Below are positions 50,750-58,428 of a DNA stretch of 64,000 nucleotides, piece by piece. The notes below the pieces were generated by a model. The model worked only from the letters and a program-made list of their open reading frames with translations. It had not been told where the DNA came from and did not search any database. The stretch comes from Bacilli bacterium. Lineage in GTDB: Bacteria; Bacillota_I; Bacilli_A; ML615J-28; CAG-698. The stretch's first letter is position 1. Every line of letters starts with the position of its first letter. Location: assembly GCA_017450215.1 (NCBI GenBank), contig JAFSVH010000087.1, positions 48,287 through 112,286 of the forward strand, given 5' to 3'. The position numbers were made by a program, and so were the translations under genes.

Positions 50750-51409
50750 ATGATGATGACAAAAGGATTTATTTATATTTTAACTAATCCATCTTTCGAA
50801 GGTCATGATTGGGTGAAAATAGGCTACACAAAGAATGTGGAAAAAAGAAGAAAGGATTTGTCCACTACCGCATTACCTTTTGAATATGAGATATACGCAT
50901 ATTATGAATTACCAGAAGGAGTTGAACTAGCAGATAAAGCTGTTCATAATCTTATCCAACAATTGAATCCAGGCATTAGATTAAATCCCAATAGGGAATT
51001 CTTTGATATGAAACCAGAAGATGCATATAATTTATTAAATTGTATTGCTAAAATTAATGGTAAGGAACTAGTTAATGGACCTGGTAGAATAGAATATGAA
51101 AAAACTTTACAAATAAAAACAAAAGATTCGCCCAAAAAATATCCTAAAATGGATTGGCTAATGGAACAGGGAGTAATTAAGCCAGGTGATGACATTTATG
51201 TCGTAAACCATCCGGAAGATGTTGCAACTATAATTGATGCTGATACTGTGGAATATAATGGCGATAAATTATCTTTTAATCAATTTGGATGTAAAGTTAC
51301 TGGATGGAGTGCTATACAGACATATGCATTAATGAAAAAGGTTGGTTGCAGCGAAACACTTCATGAATTAAGATTGGCAAAAATGCAGGAAGTTAATTGG
51401 AAAGGTTAA
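50750..51409 (+). CDS. GIY-YIG-like (T5orf172) nuclease-domain protein with C-terminal DUF4357
   Basis: 'GFIYILTNPSFEGHDWVKIGYTKNVEKRRKDL' matches the T5orf172/GIY-YIG pattern. C-terminal region is of DUF4357 type. 7 bp after the GmrSD-like gene. Confidence 0.65.
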   Translation: MMMTKGFIYILTNPSFEGHDWVKIGYTKNVEKRRKDLSTTALPFEYEIYAYYELPEGVELADKAVHNLIQQLNPGIRLNPNREFFDMKPEDAYNLLNCIAKINGKELVNGPGRIEYEKTLQIKTKDSPKKYPKMDWLMEQGVIKPGDDIYVVNHPEDVATIIDADTVEYNGDKLSFNQFGCKVTGWSAIQTYALMKKVGCSETLHELRLAKMQEVNWKG

Positions 51410-51527
51410 TAATATTATTATATCGATAGCACTAGAGATAATATCAAAGGTGCTTTTTGTATATTAGGGAGGTGATGATATGTTAAAATAAATAAAATAT
51501 TATCTTTTCTTATTAGGAGGTGATTAA

Positions 51528-53000
51528 GTGTTAGGAAAAGAACAATATTTGAAATTGCAAGAATTAAAAGAATTGGGATTATCAAAACTAAAAGTATCTG
51601 AAAAACTAAATCTTTCATATAAGACTGTTTGTAATTGGTGGGATAAGGACGAATCATATTTTGAATCTTTTGAAAAAGAACATGAGTTTATGCTTGATAA
51701 TTATCGTCAATACATTATTGAGATATTAAAAATAAGTCCTCAAATTCATAATACAGTAATATTAAGAAGGATTAAAGATGACTTTAAAGATTTTGATGTT
51801 CCAAAGCAAACATTTTTTAGGTACATTAAAAAACTGAGAGAACAATCTGGTTTAATTAAACCACCTAGAAAGTTTCAAATTAGAGAACAAACAGAACCAG
51901 GATATGAAGGACAAGTTGATTTTGGTCAGTATGTTATGCAAACGGCATACAAGAAGAACATAAGAATATATTTCTTTTGTATGACATTATCATATTCCAG
52001 AATGAAGTTTGCTTGTTTTAGTGTAGAACCATTTGATGCTAGAATGGTAGTAGATGCTCACATTGCCGCATTCAAGTACTTTGGTGGAAGACCGCAAATG
52101 CTAGTATATGACCAAGACAAAACAATGGTAGTATCAGAGAATTTAGGAGAAGTAGTATTTGTTAAAGAATTTGAAGATTTTATCAAACAAACAGGATTTT
52201 CAATTTATCTATGTAAAGGTTATGATCCATCTACTAAAGGTAAGATTGAAAAAACTGTAGACTTTGTTAAACATCAGTTTTTAGATGGAAGAATCTATTA
52301 TGGCCTTGATAGACTTAATTGTGAATTTATTGATTGGTTAGATCGTGAAGGAAATGGATTAATTAATGACACAATAAAGAAAGTTCCACGAGATATGTTT
52401 AAGCATGAATATCCAAAACTTCAAAAGTTTTATGAAATTAAAAATGATGATATTGTGGTTCATACTGTTTATCATGATACTGTTGAATATAAGGATAATC
52501 TGTATAAGCTTCCTCAAGCATTAGTTGATGAAGGAGATAGAATTAGAATTGAAAAGTACGACGATGATTTACTATTTTACCATGCATTAACAAGTGAACT
52601 ATTGTGTAAACATAAGATAGTTGGTGGAATGGGTAATATTGTAACACTAAAAGATGAGAAAATAGTTAATGATACAGTAGAAGAAGTATTATTAAAAGAT
52701 TTCAAAGATAGTGATGTAGCGATTAAGTTTATTAAAAGAATGAGAGAACAAAAACCAAGATATGTATATCCTCAGTGTAGAAGGCTCCAAAGTATGAGAA
52801 AGTATTATTCTGATAAGGCGATAATAGATGCAATGGAATATTGTGTTAGTGTTGACACATGTACGATATTTGAATTATCTAGTTATCTAATTTATAAAAT
52901 GGGAGATACAATAGCTAAGAAGTTTATAACTACACATGTTATAAGACATTATAAGGATAGAGCAGAAGAGATTAGAAAGGAGTTAATTAATAATGGCTGA
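51528..53000 (+). CDS. istA: IS21-family transposase IstA (HTH + DDE integrase core)
   Basis: N-terminal HTH 'LSKLKVSEKLNLSYKTVCNW'. DDE core 'GQVDFGQ'. 490 aa. GTG start with RBS AGGAGGTG. Confidence 0.85.
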   Translation: MLGKEQYLKLQELKELGLSKLKVSEKLNLSYKTVCNWWDKDESYFESFEKEHEFMLDNYRQYIIEILKISPQIHNTVILRRIKDDFKDFDVPKQTFFRYIKKLREQSGLIKPPRKFQIREQTEPGYEGQVDFGQYVMQTAYKKNIRIYFFCMTLSYSRMKFACFSVEPFDARMVVDAHIAAFKYFGGRPQMLVYDQDKTMVVSENLGEVVFVKEFEDFIKQTGFSIYLCKGYDPSTKGKIEKTVDFVKHQFLDGRIYYGLDRLNCEFIDWLDREGNGLINDTIKKVPRDMFKHEYPKLQKFYEIKNDDIVVHTVYHDTVEYKDNLYKLPQALVDEGDRIRIEKYDDDLLFYHALTSELLCKHKIVGGMGNIVTLKDEKIVNDTVEEVLLKDFKDSDVAIKFIKRMREQKPRYVYPQCRRLQSMRKYYSDKAIIDAMEYCVSVDTCTIFELSSYLIYKMGDTIAKKFITTHVIRHYKDRAEEIRKELINNG

Positions 53001-53655
53001 TAATATTGAAATACAAGCACTTGCTAGAGTACTTAATTTACAAAACATAGCTAATGGTAATATTGATCTAAATAATGAAAGAATATCAAATAAAGATTAT
53101 TTATATCAGATTTTACTTGAAGAAGTAAATATTAGAAATAAAAACAAGTTAATGGATATTAGAAAAATGGCTAAGCTTCCTAATAAGGTATTTGATGAAA
53201 CAAGAATAACTGAAGGATTAAAGTGGCAATTATCTAAACTTAAAGAATTTGATTTTAAATTAAACAAACAAAACATATTTATTGTTGGGGACTGTGCAAC
53301 AGGAAAAACTTCTCTTGCAACACTATTAGGCAATAAAGCACTTGACAAAGGTGCTAAAGTATCTTACATTACTTATGATGATTTAGTTATTGAATCTAAA
53401 ATAAAGAAAAGAGTATGGAATCATATTTTAGAATCTGATGTACTAATACTAGATGATGTGTTTTATTTACCACCAACTGAAGAAGAACTAATTCAAATAT
53501 ATAAGGTTTTAATGTTTTTACAAGAAACAAGGAGTATTATTGTAATTACTAATAGAAGCTTATCTAGTTGGAAAGATATGAAGGTAGATACACATTTAAT
53601 TGAGACATTGCAAAAAAGACTGATGCAGAACGCTCAAATAATTACACTTGGCTAA
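52993..53655 (+). CDS. istB: IS21-family helper ATPase IstB
   Basis: Walker A 'FIVGDCATGKTSLA'. Walker B 'VLILDDVF'. Overlaps istA by 8 nt. Confidence 0.85.
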   Translation: MADNIEIQALARVLNLQNIANGNIDLNNERISNKDYLYQILLEEVNIRNKNKLMDIRKMAKLPNKVFDETRITEGLKWQLSKLKEFDFKLNKQNIFIVGDCATGKTSLATLLGNKALDKGAKVSYITYDDLVIESKIKKRVWNHILESDVLILDDVFYLPPTEEELIQIYKVLMFLQETRSIIVITNRSLSSWKDMKVDTHLIETLQKRLMQNAQIITLG

Positions 53656-53934
53656 AGAGTAGTAGGTTCATCAGTTGCCATAAAGATAACCTCCTTTGTG
53701 ATAAGTGATGAGTTTAATATTTGACTGTTAGGAACTCGTAGGAGTGTATAAAAATTCTCAAAAATTACCAATTAATTAGCAAAATTTGAGAATATTTTAT
53801 AAAAAAGGGGTAGGGGGGTCTAAATCTCTGTACCTTTTTACCCGGGCATCGGCCTGGGGTTTCGTGCGAATTTTTTTGAGTTCAAACTGTGAAAATAGTA
53901 TTATCGTAACAATTCCATTCAATTGGATTAATGT

Positions 53935-54184
53935 GGTTGGTAATAAAGTTGGTAATAAGGTTGGTAATAAAGTTCTAGGGAAAGATGAAAAGGCAGACTT
54001 GACCGAAAACAGAAAGAAAATAATAAGTGAAATTAGAAACAACCCTAATATCACAAAAGAACAATTATCGATGATTATAGGAATTAGCACAACAGCTATT
54101 GATAAGAATTTAGAATACTTAAAAGTGCATAATTATATTGAAAGAGTAGGCTCTAAGAAAACAGGATATTGGAAAGTAAAATAA
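53935..54184 (+). pseudogene. C-terminal remnant of a wHTH transcriptional-regulator/ATPase gene (RecG-C-terminal-like 'HATPase_c_4 + wHTH' family), preceded by VGNK tetrapeptide-repeat linker; 5' part missing
   Basis: 'KKIISEIRNNPNITKEQLSMIIGISTTAIDKNLEYLKVHNYIERVGSKKTGYWKV' is the characteristic C-terminal wHTH of that family. Upstream 'VGNKVGNKVGNKV' is encoded by 3 tandem 12-bp repeats at 53947-53982. There is no upstream ATPase domain; an IS sits immediately 5'. Confidence 0.5.
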
Positions 54185-54317
54185 AAAAGATTGATCTGAT
54201 AGAATAATACATAGTGACTATTTCACTTATGAAATTTACAATTAAAGAAGGAGGTGTTGTTTTACGAAGAATAAATATGGAAAAAACAATTTTATAATTG
54301 CTATAATATCTATATTT

Positions 54318-54806
54318 TTGATTCTTATTAGTTTTATTTGGATGTTTACATATGAGCCTCCTAAAATGGAATCATTAAAAACAACAACCGGTATCATTAA
54401 AGAATACGAACAAAAAGACAAAAAATGGTATTCAAAATTACTTGGTAATGAAGATGTGCCACGTTTCAGTATAAAATTAGTTAATGGTGAATTTTATAAG
54501 GCAACAGGAATAATGTATGATAATATTAATCATGAGTTATTTGATGTAATTGAGTCGGGAAAAGAAATCAAAATTACATACATTGATGGTGGCTTTTGGT
54601 CGCAAAATGATATTATGCAAATAGAATATGAAGGTATCAGTTATCTTAAGGTTGATGATATTATAGAAGACATGAAGAAAAGTGATAGAATTAGTAAAAT
54701 AATATGTTCTTGTATTATTGTAATCACAACAGTTTTATCTTTTTCGTTGTTTATATTAAATTATAAAAAATATCGGGGTGCAAAAAATTCACACGATTAT
54801 AAGTAG
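54318..54806 (+). CDS. Small membrane protein (N- and C-terminal TM helices), unknown function
   Basis: 162-aa ORF. Start codon uncertain (ORF-track start is probably a non-ATG codon). Confidence 0.35.
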   Translation: MILISFIWMFTYEPPKMESLKTTTGIIKEYEQKDKKWYSKLLGNEDVPRFSIKLVNGEFYKATGIMYDNINHELFDVIESGKEIKITYIDGGFWSQNDIMQIEYEGISYLKVDDIIEDMKKSDRISKIICSCIIVITTVLSFSLFILNYKKYRGAKNSHDYK

Positions 54807-54858
54807 GGGTGTTAAAATTGTATTAAAACATTTCTACTTAGACATATAAAAATAATTG

Positions 54859-54908
54859 CATTGATACTATAGCAAATGTTATTTGCTTTTGTATCAATGT
54901 TTTTTTAT
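54859..54908 (+). terminator. Rho-independent terminator, nested hairpin (ATTGATAC[AGCAAA..TTTGCT]GTATCAAT) + TTTTTTT
   Basis: Read directly in sequence. Confidence 0.55.
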
Positions 54909-54994
54909 AAAAAACTATATCAATTACAAGATATAATATCATTATTATAACACTTTTATAAAATTCGGCAATATTATAAAATTGCAGAAACATA

Positions 54995-55024
54995 TTGAAA
55001 TATTGGAATTATTTATGATATAAT
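54995..55024 (+). promoter_or_regulatory. Promoter for the abiEi-like gene: TTGAAA, 18-nt spacer, TGATATAAT
   Basis: Near-consensus -35 and extended -10, 25 bp upstream of ATG 55049. Confidence 0.45.
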
Positions 55025-55048
55025 GATGCTACAAAGGAATGTGATATT

Positions 55049-55630
55049 ATGAATAAAAATGAAGTTACATTTGACAAAAGATATTATGATATTAAAGAAC
55101 TACTATCAATGGGATTTAGTTATTATAAAATAAAGAATCTTGTAGATATAGGCATATTTAATAAACTTAGTAAATCACTTTATGAAAATAATAATTATCA
55201 AGGTAATATTAATGATTTTGAAACTGTATGTGCTTATGTTCATCAAGGTGTTGTTTGTATGCTTTCTGCTGCAAGATTTTATAATCTCACTAATTATATT
55301 CCTGATTCAGTCGATATTGCGATAGATAGGAAGATGAAAATATCTAGTTATCCTGCTTCACCATCTATAAATGTTTGGTATTTTAGTAATGAGCGCTATG
55401 AGGAAGAAGTAATTACAGTAGATAAAGAAAGGCAATTTAAAATCTATAGTATTGAAAAAACCGTTATTGATATTATTTATTATCGTAATCGTGTAGGAAT
55501 AGAGGAAACTAAAGAAGTGCTGAACAATTATCTAAAAAGGAGCGATAGAGATCTTATTAAACTACATAAACTTGCAAGTAAGCTTGGTTGCATAAAAATA
55601 CTTAAGACATATTTAGAGGTATTAGTATGA
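55049..55630 (+). CDS. AbiEi-family antitoxin-like transcriptional regulator (type IV TA)
   Basis: Size (193 aa), N-terminal wHTH-like region, and its stop overlapping (ATGA) the start of an AbiEii-like N-terminus. Family call from pattern memory. Confidence 0.55.
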   Translation: MNKNEVTFDKRYYDIKELLSMGFSYYKIKNLVDIGIFNKLSKSLYENNNYQGNINDFETVCAYVHQGVVCMLSAARFYNLTNYIPDSVDIAIDRKMKISSYPASPSINVWYFSNERYEEEVITVDKERQFKIYSIEKTVIDIIYYRNRVGIEETKEVLNNYLKRSDRDLIKLHKLASKLGCIKILKTYLEVLV

Positions 55631-55912
55631 TTAGTGCTGATTCAGTCAAGAATAGACTATATAATAAAGCTAAAGCAACAGGTAAAAAGGAATATAGTTA
55701 AATTTCCGGAAGATTTAATGTTTCAATTGACAATATCCGAATATAATAAAATCTTGATGTCACAAAATGTGACATCAAACTGGTTATTGGAAGGTTTTAA
55801 AATAATGAAAGATCTAGTAGATGTAACTAGTTTTGATACTTTGCAAAGAATTAAATCTTTCTTCATAAGTGATAATGAAATTACATTCCATGAATATTGT
55901 GATAAATTTTAA
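55627..55912 (+). pseudogene. Frameshifted and 3'-truncated AbiEii/AbiGii-family nucleotidyltransferase toxin gene
   Basis: Frame 1 'MISADSVKNRLYNKAKATGKKEYS*' matches the typical AbiEii N-terminus and stops at 55699-55701. It continues in another frame ('FPEDLMFQLTISEYNKI...') to a stop at 55912, about 100 aa where full-length proteins are about 280-300 aa. No NTase GG(S/T) motif. Confidence 0.5.
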
Positions 55913-55941
55913 GAATTATAATATTTTTGATTAATTATTTA

Positions 55942-55970
55942 AGATACTAGAGAGCATCTAGTATCTTTTA
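55942..55970 (+). terminator. Rho-independent terminator AGATACTAGA gagca TCTAGTATCT + TTTTAATTTCCTTTT
   Basis: Perfect 10-bp stem, 5-nt loop, T-rich tail. Confidence 0.65.
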
Positions 55971-56090
55971 ATTTCCTTTTAATTTTAAATTTGTTATAAT
56001 CTAAATATAAATATTTTGTTTAATAGCTTTATTTTTAGAGGCTAAAATTGGCTGTGTGAAATCTAGCTATTAGAAATGCTTAGGTGATAT

Positions 56091-58181
56091 ATGAAGAGAT
56101 TATTAAGTTCTATTTTTGTTTTATTAATGTTATTTTTAGTTGTTGGTTGTGATAACCATAATAACCAAGTTGTATATTATAACGTTACAGTTAATTTGAT
56201 GGATGATGTTGATGATCCAACAATTCTTATGCAAAAGGTTTTAAGTGGTAATAAAGCAGTAGAACCAGAAGTTCCTTTGATTCCTCATATGAAGTGTTTA
56301 GGCTTTTATGATGGTGATACATTATGGGACTTTGAAAATGATTTAGTTACTAAAGACTTAGAATTAATTGCGAAATGGGAAGAAGGTATTCAAGATTACG
56401 AAGAAGCTGAAGAATTGATTGCTGCAATTGACACTAAAGATTTTGAATCAATTAAGTTAGCTAGAAATAAATATGATAGCTTGGCAGATGATGTGAAGAA
56501 ATATGTATCAAATTATCGTAATCTTTATAGAGCTGAGATTGAATATTATAACGTAGAAGTTGAAAAAGCTGATACTGTAGAGAGATTATATGAAATTATT
56601 GACTTGATTAAAGATTATCCTTCAGATACTTTACTTCGTATGGGAAAGAATGTACAAATTCCATTTAATAAATTGTTTGAACTTTACTATGGAGAAAAGA
56701 TTAGTAATGCTAATGATGATCAACAAAATGTAATTAAAGCTATTGCTAATGCCTTTCTTTATAAAGGTGTTTATAATCAATATGACCAAACGAGAAGAGT
56801 TGCTGGCTCTAGTCCATATGATGCAAGTATTTACGATACTTTGTATTTAGATTGTAGTGCATATATTTATAGTGTTTATACATATGCATTTGGTACTTCG
56901 CATCATTTACAGCTTAATACAGCGATGAATGATAATTATGCTAGTAGTCATATTGGTACTAGTGAAATTGTATATTATGTTGATGTTAGAGATTATCCTG
57001 ATGAGAAGAGTCAAAAAGCATTGCTTTCTGAAATCTATAGTAATTTACAAGTTGGTGACTGTATTAATTATCGACATGGTACTTCATCTGGTACTGCTGG
57101 TCACATTGTAATGTATATTGGTAATGATACTATTATTCATTCAACTGGAGATGATATGAGCGCTAATGAATATTCAAGTAATCCTGAATTATTCCAAGAA
57201 ATGCAAACAAACAAGGAAAAGGTCGATGGAACTGTATTTACATTTTCTGCTCAAGATATGTTTGTAAATGATTCTAGTCATAGATATTTGTTTAAAAAAA
57301 CAGCATCAGATTCTGTTTGGACATTTGCGATAATTAGACCACTTGCTAATAGTACTAAGATGAAAATTACTGATAAAGCATTATCTAATTATCTACTTAG
57401 TGATGTTGATATTTATAAGACATCAAGTGCTGGTTCTAGAACTAGTGTGAAAAGAGGACAAGAAGTTACTTTTACTTTGACTTTTGTCAATCATAGCAAT
57501 GTTGATATTGAGAATGTTCCTGTATATAAAGATTTAGGAAATAATTCATATGATTTTATTAGTACTAGTGATAATGGTATTTATATTGAAAATGCTGGGG
57601 TATTTCATCTTATAAATATTAAGGCTAATGAAACTAAAGAGATTACTTATACTGTGAGAGTCAAAGAAACAGCTTCAGGAACAATATCTGAAGGAGATAC
57701 ATATGTTCATAATATTGTAATACCTAAGATTACAAATACTGTATGTACTGATTTTGATCATAAAGAATTTACTAGAATTGCTACTGAATTACTTAATACT
57801 AAACAATACAATTCAACATTAGAATTGATTGAAGATAGTTATAAGCAAATGGGTATTGAGATTGGTGATTTGTTTGATTTGTCTTTAGAAGATGAAGCAT
57901 TTATCAATGGAATTGATTATCGAGTATCTGATTTACGTAAAGGTACAAAGGTAAAGAGGTTGCAACAAAACACAATTGAGATTGGTGATATATTGTGCAC
58001 ATATAATCAAAAGACTGGTGAATATACTAATTATTTATATATTAGAGAAGATTTATTAGTTAAGATTGTTGATGGAAGAGTTAGTAAAACCTCGGTTCCA
58101 TCAGGTGTACAATTTATCTTAGATAAGTTCTTTGCTTTCTCTAAGTGGGAGGTAATGAGACCAACAATAATTAAGAAATAA
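56091..58181 (+). CDS. Lipoprotein with NlpC/P60-like (C40 peptidase) domain and additional beta-rich domains
   Basis: Lipobox 'LVVGCDN'. 'LDCSAYIYSV' and 'GDCINY...AGHIVMYIGNDTIIHS' resemble the NlpC/P60 Cys and His motifs. Confidence 0.45.
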   Translation: MKRLLSSIFVLLMLFLVVGCDNHNNQVVYYNVTVNLMDDVDDPTILMQKVLSGNKAVEPEVPLIPHMKCLGFYDGDTLWDFENDLVTKDLELIAKWEEGIQDYEEAEELIAAIDTKDFESIKLARNKYDSLADDVKKYVSNYRNLYRAEIEYYNVEVEKADTVERLYEIIDLIKDYPSDTLLRMGKNVQIPFNKLFELYYGEKISNANDDQQNVIKAIANAFLYKGVYNQYDQTRRVAGSSPYDASIYDTLYLDCSAYIYSVYTYAFGTSHHLQLNTAMNDNYASSHIGTSEIVYYVDVRDYPDEKSQKALLSEIYSNLQVGDCINYRHGTSSGTAGHIVMYIGNDTIIHSTGDDMSANEYSSNPELFQEMQTNKEKVDGTVFTFSAQDMFVNDSSHRYLFKKTASDSVWTFAIIRPLANSTKMKITDKALSNYLLSDVDIYKTSSAGSRTSVKRGQEVTFTLTFVNHSNVDIENVPVYKDLGNNSYDFISTSDNGIYIENAGVFHLINIKANETKEITYTVRVKETASGTISEGDTYVHNIVIPKITNTVCTDFDHKEFTRIATELLNTKQYNSTLELIEDSYKQMGIEIGDLFDLSLEDEAFINGIDYRVSDLRKGTKVKRLQQNTIEIGDILCTYNQKTGEYTNYLYIREDLLVKIVDGRVSKTSVPSGVQFILDKFFAFSKWEVMRPTIIKK

Positions 58182-58196
58182 AATTCTTTTTCTTAC

Positions 58197-58238
58197 AAAA
58201 ACGACTCAACTCAATAATGAACTGGGTCGTTTTTATTA
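58197..58238 (+). terminator. Possible terminator AAAACGAC ... GTCGTTTTTATT
   Basis: Short stem with a large loop followed by a T-run. Confidence 0.35.
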
Positions 58239-58428
58239 TGTAAAAAATGTATTATTTAGTATAGTCATAATAGTAAATATTATTTTTTAATTTATAATAC
58301 ACATATTTTAAATATATTTGTTTTTCTTGTTTTATTAAAAAGCATAATATGATATAATGGATATGGTGAGGCTAATAATATTGCCTTTATCGTAATAAAA
58401 CTACAGAATATAAATTATAGGAGGAATT

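Larger units (their letters stand above)
51410..53800 (+). mobile_element. IS21-family insertion sequence (istA + istB); ends not resolved
   Basis: Canonical two-gene IS21 organisation with overlapping istA/istB. I could not confirm terminal inverted repeats by eye; boundaries lie somewhere in 51410-51527 (left) and 53656-53930 (right). Confidence 0.55.

Noticed and set aside
53797-54090. 97-aa minus-strand ORF with 'LPTLLPTLLPT' repeats
   Set aside because: Antisense translation of the 12-bp tandem repeats; an artefact of the repeat.
53786-54184. 132-aa ORF starting 'MRIFYKKGVGGSKSLYLF...' taken as an intact gene
   Set aside because: The N-terminal two-thirds is the translation of the GC-rich non-coding patch. 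Only the last ~80 aa (VGNK repeats + wHTH) look like real protein sequence. Called as a gene remnant instead.
55913-56090. Searched for a direct repeat of the tRNA-Arg 3' end (att-like) at the right edge of the island
   Set aside because: By eye I could find no copy of 'TTCAATTCCCTTCTAGGACGCCA' or a substantial part of it. The right boundary is therefore given only approximately; an alignment tool could still find a short att core.
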